DNA of 44,396 bases from Candidatus Vogelbacteria bacterium (GCA_050485705.1 JBJHBV010000002.1:1-44396), one strand, 5' to 3'; shown: positions 1 to 9,697, counted from the stretch's first letter. The notes: generated from the sequence alone by a model not told the origin. Made by a program: numbers and translations.

Positions 1-2
1 AT

Positions 3-578
3 ATAGATTCTTGGAAGCAGACAGCGGCAGAGGGTAATCTTATTGAAGGTAATTACACCCCCGAGGGTTCAAATTCTTTCTTGGGCCCTGTCAAAATAGA
101 CGGCAATCTTCATATTCCGGGTGGGCATAATTTAATAATAGAGGGTAATATTTGGGTTACCGGCCGTATTACCACAGGAAATAATGTTAATGTCAGTTTA
201 AGCCCTGATTATGGTTCAGCCGGCGGAATTATGATAGCCGATGGATATGTAAGTTTGGGAAATAACACTCAGTTTATGGGTTCGGGACAGCCTAGAAGTT
301 TTGTTTTGCTTTTAACCACCAGTGCTTGTCCTAATGATACTAATTGTAATGGTAATAATGCTATGGAGATAAGAAATAATGTTGATACGGTAATATTGAA
401 TGCTCAGTGGGGTACTATACATTTTAACAATAATGCTGGTGCTAAAGAGGCAACCGCTTACCGTATTTCAATGGCTCCCAATGTGGAAATTGTCTATGAG
501 TCGGGTCTTAGTAATTTAAATTTTACCAGCGGTCCTTCCGGTGGTTTCAGTATTTCCAGTTGGAAGGAAGTACAATAG
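3..578 (+). CDS. C-terminal part of a larger Gly/Asn-rich protein whose 5' end lies outside the window
   Basis: The frame is open from base 3 (IDSWKQTAAEGN...), upstream of the listed TTG at 81. No family motif recognised. Confidence 0.5.
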   Translation: MDSWKQTAAEGNLIEGNYTPEGSNSFLGPVKIDGNLHIPGGHNLIIEGNIWVTGRITTGNNVNVSLSPDYGSAGGIMIADGYVSLGNNTQFMGSGQPRSFVLLLTTSACPNDTNCNGNNAMEIRNNVDTVILNAQWGTIHFNNNAGAKEATAYRISMAPNVEIVYESGLSNLNFTSGPSGGFSISSWKEVQ

Positions 579-614
579 TTTTTTCAAATAATAGAAAATT
601 GTTATAATCAAACA

Positions 615-1379
615 ATGAAAACTAAATATATTGTTGCCAACTGGAAGCTTAATCCACCAACTCCCAGAGAAGCCAAGTCTCTTTTTATTAAACTTAAAAA
701 ATATTCTACCGGATTAAAAAGATCTAAGATTGTTATTTGCCCGCCAAATCCTTTTTTGGGTTTGTTTGACACAAAAACAGGCAAAACCTTAAGTTTGGGC
801 GGGCAAGATTGTCAGGTTGTAGATTTCGGTGCTTTTACGGGAGCTGTTAATCCGGCTTTGCTTAAGTATAGTGGTTGTAGTTATGTTATTTTAGGGCATT
901 CGGAAGTCAGAGAAAGAGGAGATAGCAATGAAATGATAAATGAGAAGGTCAAAGCTTCTCTTAAGGCGGGTTTGAAAGTAATTTTGTGTGTGGGAGAAAA
1001 GAAAAGAGATAGTCAAGGACTTTATTTGGAAGAGTTAAGACTGCAATTGACAGAAGGATTATCCAGGATTAATAAAAAAGATTTTTCTAAGATTATTATT
1101 GCTTATGAGCCGGTTTGGGCGATTGGGGTTGCGGCCAAAAGTGTAGATACACCAGAAAACTTTTTACACAATGCTTTGTTTATTAAAAAAATAATTGCCA
1201 AACTGGCCGGCAAAGAGACGGCTCTTAAAATCCCGATTTTGTATGGCGGGTCCGTCAATGAAAAAAATGCTTTGGGTTTTTTGAGTTTAGGTGAAGCTAA
1301 TGGTCTTTTGATCGGACGAACTTCTTTGGATGGGGAAAAATTCGGTCAAATTGTTAAGATAGCTGAGTCGGTAAAATGA
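615..1379 (+). CDS. tpiA: triosephosphate isomerase
   Basis: ANWKLN, GHSEVR and AYEPVWAIG motifs. ATGA overlap with pgk. Confidence 0.9.
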   Translation: MKTKYIVANWKLNPPTPREAKSLFIKLKKYSTGLKRSKIVICPPNPFLGLFDTKTGKTLSLGGQDCQVVDFGAFTGAVNPALLKYSGCSYVILGHSEVRERGDSNEMINEKVKASLKAGLKVILCVGEKKRDSQGLYLEELRLQLTEGLSRINKKDFSKIIIAYEPVWAIGVAAKSVDTPENFLHNALFIKKIIAKLAGKETALKIPILYGGSVNEKNALGFLSLGEANGLLIGRTSLDGEKFGQIVKIAESVK

Positions 1380-2488
1380 TTAGATTGTTGAAAGATTTAC
1401 CCGAGTCTGAATTGGTTGGTAAAAGGGTTTTACTGCGAGCAGATTTCAATGTTCCGATTAAGAGCGACCAAGTGTCCGGTGATTATCGTCTGAGGCGTAG
1501 TTTACCGACTATTGAATTTCTGAGAGAAAGAGGTGCCAAAATTATAATCATGAGTCATTTGGGTGACAAGACAGCCAGTTTGTCGCCAGTAGTATCTTTT
1601 TTGTCTGAAATCCTGCCTGTCTCTTTGGTGACCTTTGATGAGATGATGAAGGGGAAAGATTTTGATAATGAAATTTTAGTTTTGGAAAATTTGCGTCAAC
1701 TGCCGGGAGAAGAAGCAAATGATGATAAGCTGGCTGGCCAAATTGCTTCTTGGGGTGATATCTATGTCAATGATGCTTTTTCTGCTTCTCATCGAAGTCA
1801 TGCCTCAATTGTCTCTCTGCCTAAATATTTGCCATCTTATGCCGGTTTATTGCTGGCTGACGAATATGAACATCTTAATAAGATATTAGAGCCAGAAAAA
1901 CCTTTAATCCTTATTTTAGGAGGGGCTAAATTTTCCACTAAATTACCTTTGGTTGAAAAGTATTTATCGGTGGCCGAACAGATATTTGTTGTCGGGGCTT
2001 TGGCTCATCCTCTTTTTTCGTTACAAGGATATGAAATAGGTAAGTCTTTGATGGATGATGAAGATATGAGACTCTCTACTTTAATTAATAATTCTAAAAT
2101 CGTGGTGCCGGAAGATGTGGTGGTGCAAGGGGAAGATGGTCAGGTTATAAAAACTTTGGCTGAAATAAAACCAGATGATATTATCTATGATGCCGGACCA
2201 CAGACAGTAGAGAAGATCTCATCTGTTTTACCGGGAGCTAAGACTATATTATGGAATGGACCCTTGGGTCACTTTGAAAATGGTTATGATCAGGCTACTA
2301 GGCAGATAGCCTTGGCGGTCGCTTCTTCCGAGGCCTATTCTGTGGTCGGAGGGGGGGATACCGTGAGTGCTATAGAGTCTTTAAATTTGGCTGATGATTT
2401 TGGTTTCGTGTCTACGGCTGGCGGAGCTATGCTTGAATATTTGGCTACCGGCACCTTGCCGGGACTTGAGGTTTTGATGACTGATTAA
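1376..2488 (+). CDS. pgk: phosphoglycerate kinase
   Basis: RADFNVP, MSHLG and GGGDT...STAGGAMLE motifs. Confidence 0.9.
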   Translation: MIRLLKDLPESELVGKRVLLRADFNVPIKSDQVSGDYRLRRSLPTIEFLRERGAKIIIMSHLGDKTASLSPVVSFLSEILPVSLVTFDEMMKGKDFDNEILVLENLRQLPGEEANDDKLAGQIASWGDIYVNDAFSASHRSHASIVSLPKYLPSYAGLLLADEYEHLNKILEPEKPLILILGGAKFSTKLPLVEKYLSVAEQIFVVGALAHPLFSLQGYEIGKSLMDDEDMRLSTLINNSKIVVPEDVVVQGEDGQVIKTLAEIKPDDIIYDAGPQTVEKISSVLPGAKTILWNGPLGHFENGYDQATRQIALAVASSEAYSVVGGGDTVSAIESLNLADDFGFVSTAGGAMLEYLATGTLPGLEVLMTD

Positions 2489-2492
2489 AGTA

Positions 2493-2909
2493 ATGAGAAG
2501 AAATTTAAAAAACTTACCACCTAAATTAAGGGTTGGTCGCAGTGCGGCTGGCCTGGGTCTTTTTGCTGAAGAACCAATTAAAAAAGGCAGTCTGGTAATT
2601 GAATATTTTGGTGAAGTCATTTCCAGTTCTGAGGCCGATCGTCGCGGAGGGCGATATTTGTTTGATATTAATTCCAGAAAAACTATTGATGGTAGTGATA
2701 GAAAAAATATTGCTCGTTATATAAACCATTCTTGTCGGCCAAATTGTGAGACGGATATTATAAAAGGAAAAGTATTTGTTTTTGCTCGTAGAAATATAAA
2801 AACAGGGGAAGAGCTAGGTTATGATTACGGTAAAGAATATTATGATGAGTTTATAAAACCTCACGGTTGTCGCTGTGCCAAATGTTTAGAAAAAAAGAGT
2901 CTTAGTTAA
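2493..2909 (+). CDS. SET-domain protein (putative lysine methyltransferase)
   Basis: YINHSCRPNC, GEELGYDYG and a post-SET CRCAKC motif. Starts 4 nt after pgk. Confidence 0.8.
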   Translation: MRRNLKNLPPKLRVGRSAAGLGLFAEEPIKKGSLVIEYFGEVISSSEADRRGGRYLFDINSRKTIDGSDRKNIARYINHSCRPNCETDIIKGKVFVFARRNIKTGEELGYDYGKEYYDEFIKPHGCRCAKCLEKKSLS

Positions 2910-3211
2910 CAATATTTTTTAGATAAAGCCTATTTTTTTGTCACCGCTTTATAAACAGCTAATTTGGACTTTTCCACTTTTAATCCACTCTTTGTCCTCT
3001 CTTTTTGATTGTTTGCCATATTGACAATAATAATTATCAGGTGGATGATTATATCAGGTGGTCTCGTTGAACTAAGTAGTTCCAACTTTCAAAATATATA
3101 TAGGAGTCTTTCGTACTTGAGTGTTATGAGCCTCAATCAAAGACACCACTTTAAAACAAGCGTGGAACTCTTATTCTAATTCAATGGCAACATTGACGAG
3201 ACCCGAAAACT

Positions 3212-3240
3212 AAAACCCCCGAAGGGGGATTTAGTTTTTT
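3212..3240. terminator. bidirectional intrinsic terminator
   Basis: CCCCC-GAAG-GGGG hairpin with A/T tracts on both sides, abutting the HIT gene stop codon. Confidence 0.6.
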
Positions 3241-3644
3241 AGGGCTTCAATGATCGTATTTTTTATAGCAGAGAGTTCTTCATTATTTGTTTTTATGGCT
3301 GGCCAGTGTTTGAGATTGTCATTTGGAAAGCGAGGAATGATATGAAGATGGGCATGGTCTATTATTTGTCCAGCCACTCTCCCGTTATTCATAGCCAGAT
3401 TTATGCCCTCTGCCCTGACTCCTTGTTTTATACCCTTGGCTAATTTTTTAGCTGTTGATAGCCACAAGGATAAGTTTTCGTCGGGTGTTTCAAATAGGTC
3501 TTGATAATGTTCTTTGGGTATCAGAAGAGCGTGCCCCGGAGTGTTGGGATTGATATCCAAAAAAGCCAGAGATTTATCATCTTCATAAATAATATGAGCC
3601 GGTAATTTTTTGGCTACAATTTGGCAAAATATACAATCAGACAT
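3231..3644 (-). CDS. HIT-family nucleotide hydrolase
   Basis: Histidine triad HAHLHIIP and CIFC N-terminal motif. Confidence 0.9.
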   Translation of the reverse strand: MSDCIFCQIVAKKLPAHIIYEDDKSLAFLDINPNTPGHALLIPKEHYQDLFETPDENLSLWLSTAKKLAKGIKQGVRAEGINLAMNNGRVAGQIIDHAHLHIIPRFPNDNLKHWPAIKTNNEELSAIKNTIIEALKN

Positions 3645-3679
3645 CTCTGTGATTATACCAGTTGGGTTGATAATGTATA

Positions 3680-5434
3680 ATGGTTTCTATGAATCAGAAT
3701 TGGACTCCCTATAGGTTGGTTAATTTTTCAAGTAAAACCGACCAACTACACACCGATCCTTTGATTGGTAAACTACTTTTAGCTAGAGGTGTAGATAATC
3801 AAATCAAAGTTGATAAATTTCTTAAGCCTGACTATGAGAGAGATTTGTACGACCCTTATTTGCTCAAGGGGATAAGTGTGGCGGTTCCCAGAATTGTTCA
3901 GGCTGTTAGAAAAAATCAAAAAATAGTTATTTTTGGAGATTATGACGCTGATGGGGTGCCGGCCAGCGTTATTTTGGCTGAGTTTTTCAGAATGATTGGT
4001 TTTGATAATTTTTCGGTTTATATACCCGATCGGCATAAAGAAGCTTATGGTTTAAGTATTAAGGCTGTTGAACGTTTTGTAAAAGAAGAGGTTGAGCTTA
4101 TTATAACGGTTGATTGCGGCATAACAGCTGTTGATGAGGTTGATTATGCCAATAAGTACAATATTGATGTGATTATTACTGATCATCATTTAGTTCCGAG
4201 TGAATTACCCAAAGCTTTGGCCATTGTTAATCCTAAACAGAGAGATTGTCTTTATCCGGATAAAATGTTGGCTGGAGCGGGGGTGGCTTTCAAATTGGCG
4301 TCAGCTCTATGTCGTTGTCCGGACTTTAATATTTCTGCCGGTCAGGAAAAATGGCTTTTGGATTTGGTGGCTATTGCTACAGTCAGTGATATGGTGCCGT
4401 TGGTGGATGAAAATCGGGCTTTGGTTTATTTTGGTTTAAAAGTTTTACGTAAGACTAGGCGTTTGGGGTTATTGCGCTTGTTTGACTTGTTAAAGTTGAA
4501 ATCTAGTTTTTTAACAGAAGATGATATTGGTTTTATGATCGGGCCAAGAATTAATTCCGCCGGCAGGATGACCCATGCTTCTGAGGCCTATCTTCTTTTG
4601 ATGGCTGATAATGAATCAGAGGCTGATAAGCTGGCTAAAAACCTTGAAAAACAAAACAAAGACAGAAAAAGATTTGTTGAGGAAATCCTGTCAGAGGTTA
4701 CCGCTCGGTTTGAGGGGAAAGATTTACCATCGGTGGTGGTCTGTGGTGAAGAAAATTGGTCTATTGGGGTCTTAGGTTTGGCTGCCTCTCGTTTGTCTGA
4801 GAAGTTTAAGCGAGTCTTTTTTGTGTGGGCAAAAAACGGTCATGGTGAGATAAAAGGTTCTTGTCGGTCTGATGGATCGGTTAATTTGGTAGAGTTAATG
4901 AAAGAGGCTCATGGGGGAGATTTATTTTTAGACTTTGGTGGACATGTTGAAGCGGGAGGATTTTCGATATTACCCGGAAAATTAGACCTAATGATTGAAA
5001 GATTAAATCAGGTTTATGACTTTATCTCTAATGGAGTTGAGTCTGAGATAATTACTTTTGATGAGGAGTTATCTTTGGATGATTTATCCAGTGACCTTTT
5101 CCGGCGGGTGGGTAAATTAGCTCCTTTTGGTGTCGGTAATCCTAAGCCGGTCTTTTTGTTTAGGCAACTTGTAATTGAAGGGGTTAAGAGTTTTGGTTCA
5201 GAGGGGACCCATTTGGAGCTTATTTTTAAATCTTCTAACGGTTCTTTGGTCAAGGCCATTGCTTTTTTTTCTTGCCAAAAGGCGGTTCAAGGAGAGGTTG
5301 AAATTCATCGTTTTGGAAAATCAATTTTGAGACCGGGGATTAAGATAAATCTTTTGGCTCATTTAGAAGAGTCATATTTTGGTTTTAAAAAAGAGGAGAG
5401 GCTGAGAATAGTTGATTTGGAGATTGTCTCTTAA
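3680..5434 (+). CDS. recJ: single-stranded-DNA-specific exonuclease RecJ (DHH/DHHA1)
   Basis: DYDADGV, TVDCG, ITDHH and GGHxxAGG motifs. Confidence 0.85.
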   Translation: MVSMNQNWTPYRLVNFSSKTDQLHTDPLIGKLLLARGVDNQIKVDKFLKPDYERDLYDPYLLKGISVAVPRIVQAVRKNQKIVIFGDYDADGVPASVILAEFFRMIGFDNFSVYIPDRHKEAYGLSIKAVERFVKEEVELIITVDCGITAVDEVDYANKYNIDVIITDHHLVPSELPKALAIVNPKQRDCLYPDKMLAGAGVAFKLASALCRCPDFNISAGQEKWLLDLVAIATVSDMVPLVDENRALVYFGLKVLRKTRRLGLLRLFDLLKLKSSFLTEDDIGFMIGPRINSAGRMTHASEAYLLLMADNESEADKLAKNLEKQNKDRKRFVEEILSEVTARFEGKDLPSVVVCGEENWSIGVLGLAASRLSEKFKRVFFVWAKNGHGEIKGSCRSDGSVNLVELMKEAHGGDLFLDFGGHVEAGGFSILPGKLDLMIERLNQVYDFISNGVESEIITFDEELSLDDLSSDLFRRVGKLAPFGVGNPKPVFLFRQLVIEGVKSFGSEGTHLELIFKSSNGSLVKAIAFFSCQKAVQGEVEIHRFGKSILRPGIKINLLAHLEESYFGFKKEERLRIVDLEIVS

Positions 5435-5441
5435 ATAAGGT

Positions 5442-5900
5442 ATGATGACAAAGATGACTAAAATCTTTTTATATACCGATGGCGGTTCCAGGGGAAATCC
5501 CGGTGTCGCCGGAGCCGGAGCGGTTGTGTTGAGTGAAACGGGAGAGGTTATGATGAGGGGTCATAAATCTTTGGGTGTCGTGACCAACAATGAGGCTGAG
5601 TATTTGGCGGTAATTTTTGGCTTGGAATTGATTAAGAAAAATTTTCCAAAAGACAAACTAAAAGACTTGCTTGTGGAGTTGCGTTTGGATAGCGAGCTGG
5701 TGACCAAACAGTTGTTGGGACAATATCAATTGAAAGAAGAAAAGCTTATACCTCTTTTTATTAAAATTTGGAATTTGCGAGTCAAAGATTTTCCCCGCCT
5801 GAACATAGAGCATATACCGAGAGAAAAAAACAAGTTAGCTGATGATTTAGCCAACAAAGCCATGGATGAATCTGGTTTCGTCAATGGTAGTTTGTTATAA
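5442..5900 (+). CDS. rnhA: ribonuclease HI
   Basis: YTDGGSRGNPG, NNEAEY and ADDLAN motifs. Confidence 0.85.
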   Translation: MMTKMTKIFLYTDGGSRGNPGVAGAGAVVLSETGEVMMRGHKSLGVVTNNEAEYLAVIFGLELIKKNFPKDKLKDLLVELRLDSELVTKQLLGQYQLKEEKLIPLFIKIWNLRVKDFPRLNIEHIPREKNKLADDLANKAMDESGFVNGSLL

Positions 5901-5907
5901 TTCACCT

Positions 5908-6219
5908 ATGGAAAATTTTGATAAATTTGGTGGTCGTTCGGCGGAAAGAGAGCTTGATGAATCTTTGTCCGAATCAAAACACGGAGAGATTGAGAGAAGA
6001 GAGAAGCTCTGGAAGTTTTTAAGTGGTAATCCTAATAATATTTTAGATGCTCCGATTGAAGATTTAGAAGAGTTGATAAAAGCAGCTGAAGAGCATATGG
6101 CTAGAAGAGAGGCCATGAAAAGAGGTGAGATACCCAACGATGGCATTCCTCAAACCGCTTGGGCCAGGCAGATTTTGGATCAGCTAATAAAAGAAGGAGA
6201 AAGAAAAAAAGCGGCCTAA
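5908..6219 (+). CDS. hypothetical charged/helical protein
   Basis: ORF only. The ATG at 5908 avoids overlap with rnhA. No motif recognised. Confidence 0.4.
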   Translation: MENFDKFGGRSAERELDESLSESKHGEIERREKLWKFLSGNPNNILDAPIEDLEELIKAAEEHMARREAMKRGEIPNDGIPQTAWARQILDQLIKEGERKKAA

Positions 6220-6229
6220 CTTTAAAAAG

Positions 6230-7699
6230 ATGAAATATATATATTGTTTAATATCCGGCTTAATAGCCGGTATTTTTTGGGCTTCATTTATCACTTTTGG
6301 TTCAGCTTTTGTTGTTTTGGCTTTTTTATTGTTTGGAATAATTTTTATTGTTGGCTGGATGTTTAATAACAGGCTTATTTGGGGGATAGCCTTGATGTGT
6401 TTGGGTTTAGCTTTGGGAGTTTGGCGTTTTGAGACTTCTATAACTCCAATTTCACCGGAGTTGGAATCTGCAATTGGTGAAAGAGTTGTTTTGGCGGGGA
6501 AGATTATAACCTCACCTGATTATGGAGATAGTACCTTGCGTGTTGTTATACTCTTAGAAGATGGAGAGACAAGGGTTATGGTCACTCTACCTGTTTATAC
6601 CGATGTGTCATACGGAGATATTGTTTCTGTAGCCGGAATTTTGCAAAGACCGAGTGATTTTTTGACTGATCTGGGTAAGGAGTTTTCTTATGAGAAATAT
6701 TTACTGGCCAGACATATTCGCTATCAGCTTGTTTGGGCTTCGGTTGAAGAGCATAAAAGAGCAGAAATTTTTTCTGTGATCGGTTTTCTTTTTGGAGTAA
6801 AAGACAATTTTATTTCTGCTTTGAGTAAAATGTTGCCAGAGCCTCATTCGGCTTTGGCGGGCGGGATTCTTTTAGGGGTCAAGGATGCTTTAGGAAGAGA
6901 TTTTGAAGTTGATTTACGGCGAACCGGAATTATTCATATTGTTGTTTTGTCGGGTTATAACGTTACAGTGGTGGCCGTTTTTATTATGTTTATAATGTCT
7001 TTTTTACCCAGAAAATGGGCTTTATTTTTTTCCGGTTTTGGTATTGTTTTATTTGCCCTTTTGGTTGGTGACGGGCCAACAGTGGTTCGCTCCAGTATTA
7101 TGGCCTTATTGGCTCTTGTGGCTTTGGCTTTTGGGAGGATTTATAACGTTAGTTTAGCTTTATTGTGGGCCGGGGTCATAATGATTATTCATAGTCCAAT
7201 GATCTTGGTTTATGATATTGGCTTTCAACTTTCTTTTATTGCCACTCTCGGTTTGATTTATTTGGTTCCATTAATGGATAGATTTTTGTTTTTTCTACCA
7301 AGTATTTTCCAGGTCCGAGAATTAACAGCTACGACTTTAGCTGCTCAGGTTTCAGTTCTCCCTTGGCTTTTGTATAAAGTGGGAGAATTGTCTTTGGTTT
7401 CGGTAATGGTTAATTTTTTAATTTTACCGATTGTGCCTTTGGCGATGCTCTTGTCTTTTTTAGCTGGGGTGTTTTTCTTTATTTTTTATCCCCTAGCTTT
7501 CTTATTGTCTCTATTGGCATATGGGACGCTTCATTATATGGTGCTGGTGGTTTTATTTTTTGCTTCTGTCCCCTTTGCCACTTTGACTTTTATTAACACT
7601 CCTTTATGGTTGGTGTTTTTATTCTACGGAGGGCTGGTTTATTGGGTGACTATTAAGTCTAAAGATATCAAGCCTTATAATATGTTTGGGGACAGGTGA
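6230..7699 (+). CDS. ComEC/Rec2 DNA-uptake channel, membrane part only (lacks the MBL domain)
   Basis: Polytopic membrane protein with an OB-like insert after the first TM helices and GIIHIVVLSGYN competence-domain signature. Confidence 0.75.
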   Translation: MKYIYCLISGLIAGIFWASFITFGSAFVVLAFLLFGIIFIVGWMFNNRLIWGIALMCLGLALGVWRFETSITPISPELESAIGERVVLAGKIITSPDYGDSTLRVVILLEDGETRVMVTLPVYTDVSYGDIVSVAGILQRPSDFLTDLGKEFSYEKYLLARHIRYQLVWASVEEHKRAEIFSVIGFLFGVKDNFISALSKMLPEPHSALAGGILLGVKDALGRDFEVDLRRTGIIHIVVLSGYNVTVVAVFIMFIMSFLPRKWALFFSGFGIVLFALLVGDGPTVVRSSIMALLALVALAFGRIYNVSLALLWAGVIMIIHSPMILVYDIGFQLSFIATLGLIYLVPLMDRFLFFLPSIFQVRELTATTLAAQVSVLPWLLYKVGELSLVSVMVNFLILPIVPLAMLLSFLAGVFFFIFYPLAFLLSLLAYGTLHYMVLVVLFFASVPFATLTFINTPLWLVFLFYGGLVYWVTIKSKDIKPYNMFGDR

Positions 7700-7763
7700 C
7701 CTTGGTTTGATGTTTATTTTTTGTTACACTGAGTACTAATTAGTAATTAATATTAATTTGAAT

Positions 7764-7976
7764 ATGTTGTTTAAGCATAGTAATAAGAGTGTGGTTATCG
7801 CTTTTGTTTTAGGAATTATTTTTGCTGTCTTTGTGGGGCATGCTTATACTGTTTACCAATTGAGGGCGGTTGTTTTTCAAACTCAAGCCGATTTGGCGGG
7901 AGTAATTCAATTTCTTAATGCTCAAATAGAAGCAGCTCAAGGGGGTCAAGGTTTTGACGCCGGAGGAGAACTGTAA
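7764..7976 (+). CDS. small membrane protein, hypothetical
   Basis: One predicted TM helix. ATG at 7764 lies in frame within the listed ORF. Confidence 0.4.
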   Translation: MLFKHSNKSVVIAFVLGIIFAVFVGHAYTVYQLRAVVFQTQADLAGVIQFLNAQIEAAQGGQGFDAGGEL

Positions 7977-7987
7977 GCCTTTTAAAC

Positions 7988-8014
7988 AAAAACCCCTCTT
8001 TATGAGGGGTTTTT
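7988..8014. terminator. bidirectional intrinsic terminator
   Basis: CCCCTC-TTTAT-GAGGGG hairpin flanked by an A-run and a T-run. Confidence 0.6.
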
Positions 8015-8034
8015 GTTTTGAAAAAAGGCCCCCA

Positions 8035-8373
8035 TCAGGATGGGGGCTCAATGGAGATTATCTCCAGGTTGATCACGCCCTGCTCGACGAAGTCAAGCTG
8101 GACAGCTACCCCTTTTGACACATCAAGGTGTCGTCCGGGGATAAAGGGGCCTCGGTCGGTAATTTCAACTCGGGCGACACGGCCGTTGTTGGAATTACGC
8201 AACCACAGAATCGTCCCGAAGGGGAGTTCTTTGTGAGCTGCTGTGTGGGCGTTCATGTCGAAAATTTCACCATTGGCCATTGTCCGGCCATGGAACTTTT
8301 CGCCGTAGAAGCTGGTGTTCATTACTGCTTCGGGTTCTACGAGAGCCAGAAGCAGAAAAACCGCGGTATTCAC
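8035..8373 (-). CDS. RlpA-like double-psi beta-barrel (DPBB) protein
   Basis: YGEKFHGRTMANGEIF...AHKELPFGT...ITDRGPF motifs. GTG start preceded by AAGGAG. Visibly GC-richer than its flanks. Confidence 0.75.
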   Translation of the reverse strand: MNTAVFLLLALVEPEAVMNTSFYGEKFHGRTMANGEIFDMNAHTAAHKELPFGTILWLRNSNNGRVARVEITDRGPFIPGRHLDVSKGVAVQLDFVEQGVINLEIISIEPPS

Positions 8374-8531
8374 TACTTGTCTTCTCCTTGTCTAGGACTT
8401 GGTTGTGGACCTGTTTTTGGCCCAAGTAAAAATGCGATGAAGTCTCACTGCACTTTTATTTGAGTCACTTTTCCTCTTATAGAGTACTCAACTAAAAAAT
8501 ATTTGTCAAATTTTGATATAATTTAAAGCAA

Positions 8532-9386
8532 ATGTTTATTAGGTTTAAATGGTTTCTATTGGGTGGATTGATGTTAATTACTATTTTTGTTTGGTTTGTA
8601 GTTTGGGATTTATCTACGGACGGAACCTTAAAGGTTTATTTTTTAGATGTCGGGCAAGGTGATGCTATTTTTATTGAGGCTCCAAACCGGAATCAGATTT
8701 TGATTGATGGCGGCCGTAATAAAGCTTTGATCCGTCAGTTATCTGAAGTGATGCCTTTTTATGATCGGTCTATTGATTTGGTGATTGCCACTCATCCGGA
8801 TCTTGACCATATTGGAGGACTACCTTTTGTTTTGGACAGATTTTCTGTTGGGGGATTTATGGAGTCTGGAGTCCAAGTTGAGACTGTGGTTTATAAGAGT
8901 ATAGAAAATATTTTAGAAGATAAGGCCATCACTAGAATCGTTGCCAGAAGAGGGATGAGAGTGGTTTTGGATCAAGAGGTATTTTTGGATATTTTGTTTC
9001 CTGATAGAGATGTAAGCGGTTTAGATCCCAACGATGCTTCTATTATTGCTAAACTTATTTATGGTCAAACTGCTTTTATGCTTACGGGCGACGCCCCGAA
9101 AAAAATGGAATTATACCTGGTATCTTTGGATGGAAATTATCTTCAGTCCGATGTATTGAAAGCCGGTCATCATGGGTCTCGTACTTCCAGTGATTTGATT
9201 TTTGTTGGTTTTGTAAATCCGGAGTATGGCATTATTTCAGCTGGGCATAATAATAGTTATGGCCATCCCCATCAAGAAGTATTGGATGTTTTTGATAAAT
9301 TAGGAGTTAATATTTTATCCACTGCTGAGTTGGGCACAATCGGTTTTCGCAGTAATGGTAGAGAGATAAAATTGCTTTCCAAATAA
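8532..9386 (+). CDS. ComEC-type metallo-beta-lactamase domain protein encoded as a separate gene
   Basis: N-terminal TM helix, DVGQGDA, HPDLDHIGG and GHHGS motifs. TGATATAAT extended -10 element upstream. Confidence 0.8.
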   Translation: MFIRFKWFLLGGLMLITIFVWFVVWDLSTDGTLKVYFLDVGQGDAIFIEAPNRNQILIDGGRNKALIRQLSEVMPFYDRSIDLVIATHPDLDHIGGLPFVLDRFSVGGFMESGVQVETVVYKSIENILEDKAITRIVARRGMRVVLDQEVFLDILFPDRDVSGLDPNDASIIAKLIYGQTAFMLTGDAPKKMELYLVSLDGNYLQSDVLKAGHHGSRTSSDLIFVGFVNPEYGIISAGHNNSYGHPHQEVLDVFDKLGVNILSTAELGTIGFRSNGREIKLLSK

Positions 9387-9388
9387 AA

Positions 9389-9406
9389 TGACCCCGAAGG
9401 GTCATT
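9389..9406. terminator. bidirectional terminator
   Basis: ATGACCC-CGAA-GGGTCAT hairpin between convergent genes. Confidence 0.6.
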
Positions 9407-9410
9407 TTAA

Positions 9411-9620
9411 TTAGTCTATTATTTTTATTGCTGTGAGGTGGAGATTTTTCTTTAGGCATTTGGTGCAGATGTCTATCTTCTCTCCGGTCACCAAAGAAGC
9501 CTTTTGGAGATTAGGCTTTTTTCTCTTTTTCCCTATGGGATTATATTTGGTAGCTCTAACACGGTTGGAATAACCTCCCACCATACGACTACCTTTTTGA
9601 CAGATGGTACAGATTTTCAT
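9411..9620 (-). CDS. rpmB: 50S ribosomal protein L28 (CxxC...CxxC form)
   Basis: C..GK...G...S.....T.R...PNLQ pattern, small basic protein. Confidence 0.75.
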   Translation of the reverse strand: MKICTICQKGSRMVGGYSNRVRATKYNPIGKKRKKPNLQKASLVTGEKIDICTKCLKKNLHLTAIKIID

Positions 9621-9697
9621 AATTATTCAGTTTCGGAATAACAATTCGTATGCTATCATAATCAGGTTCTTTCGCAAGTCTTTTATTTTGTTTTTAT

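Noticed and set aside
8018-8463. Plus-strand ORFs 8018-8236 and 8128-8463
   Set aside because: They are antisense to the RlpA-like gene. The long open frames are a by-product of the locally higher GC, and neither has a recognisable motif.
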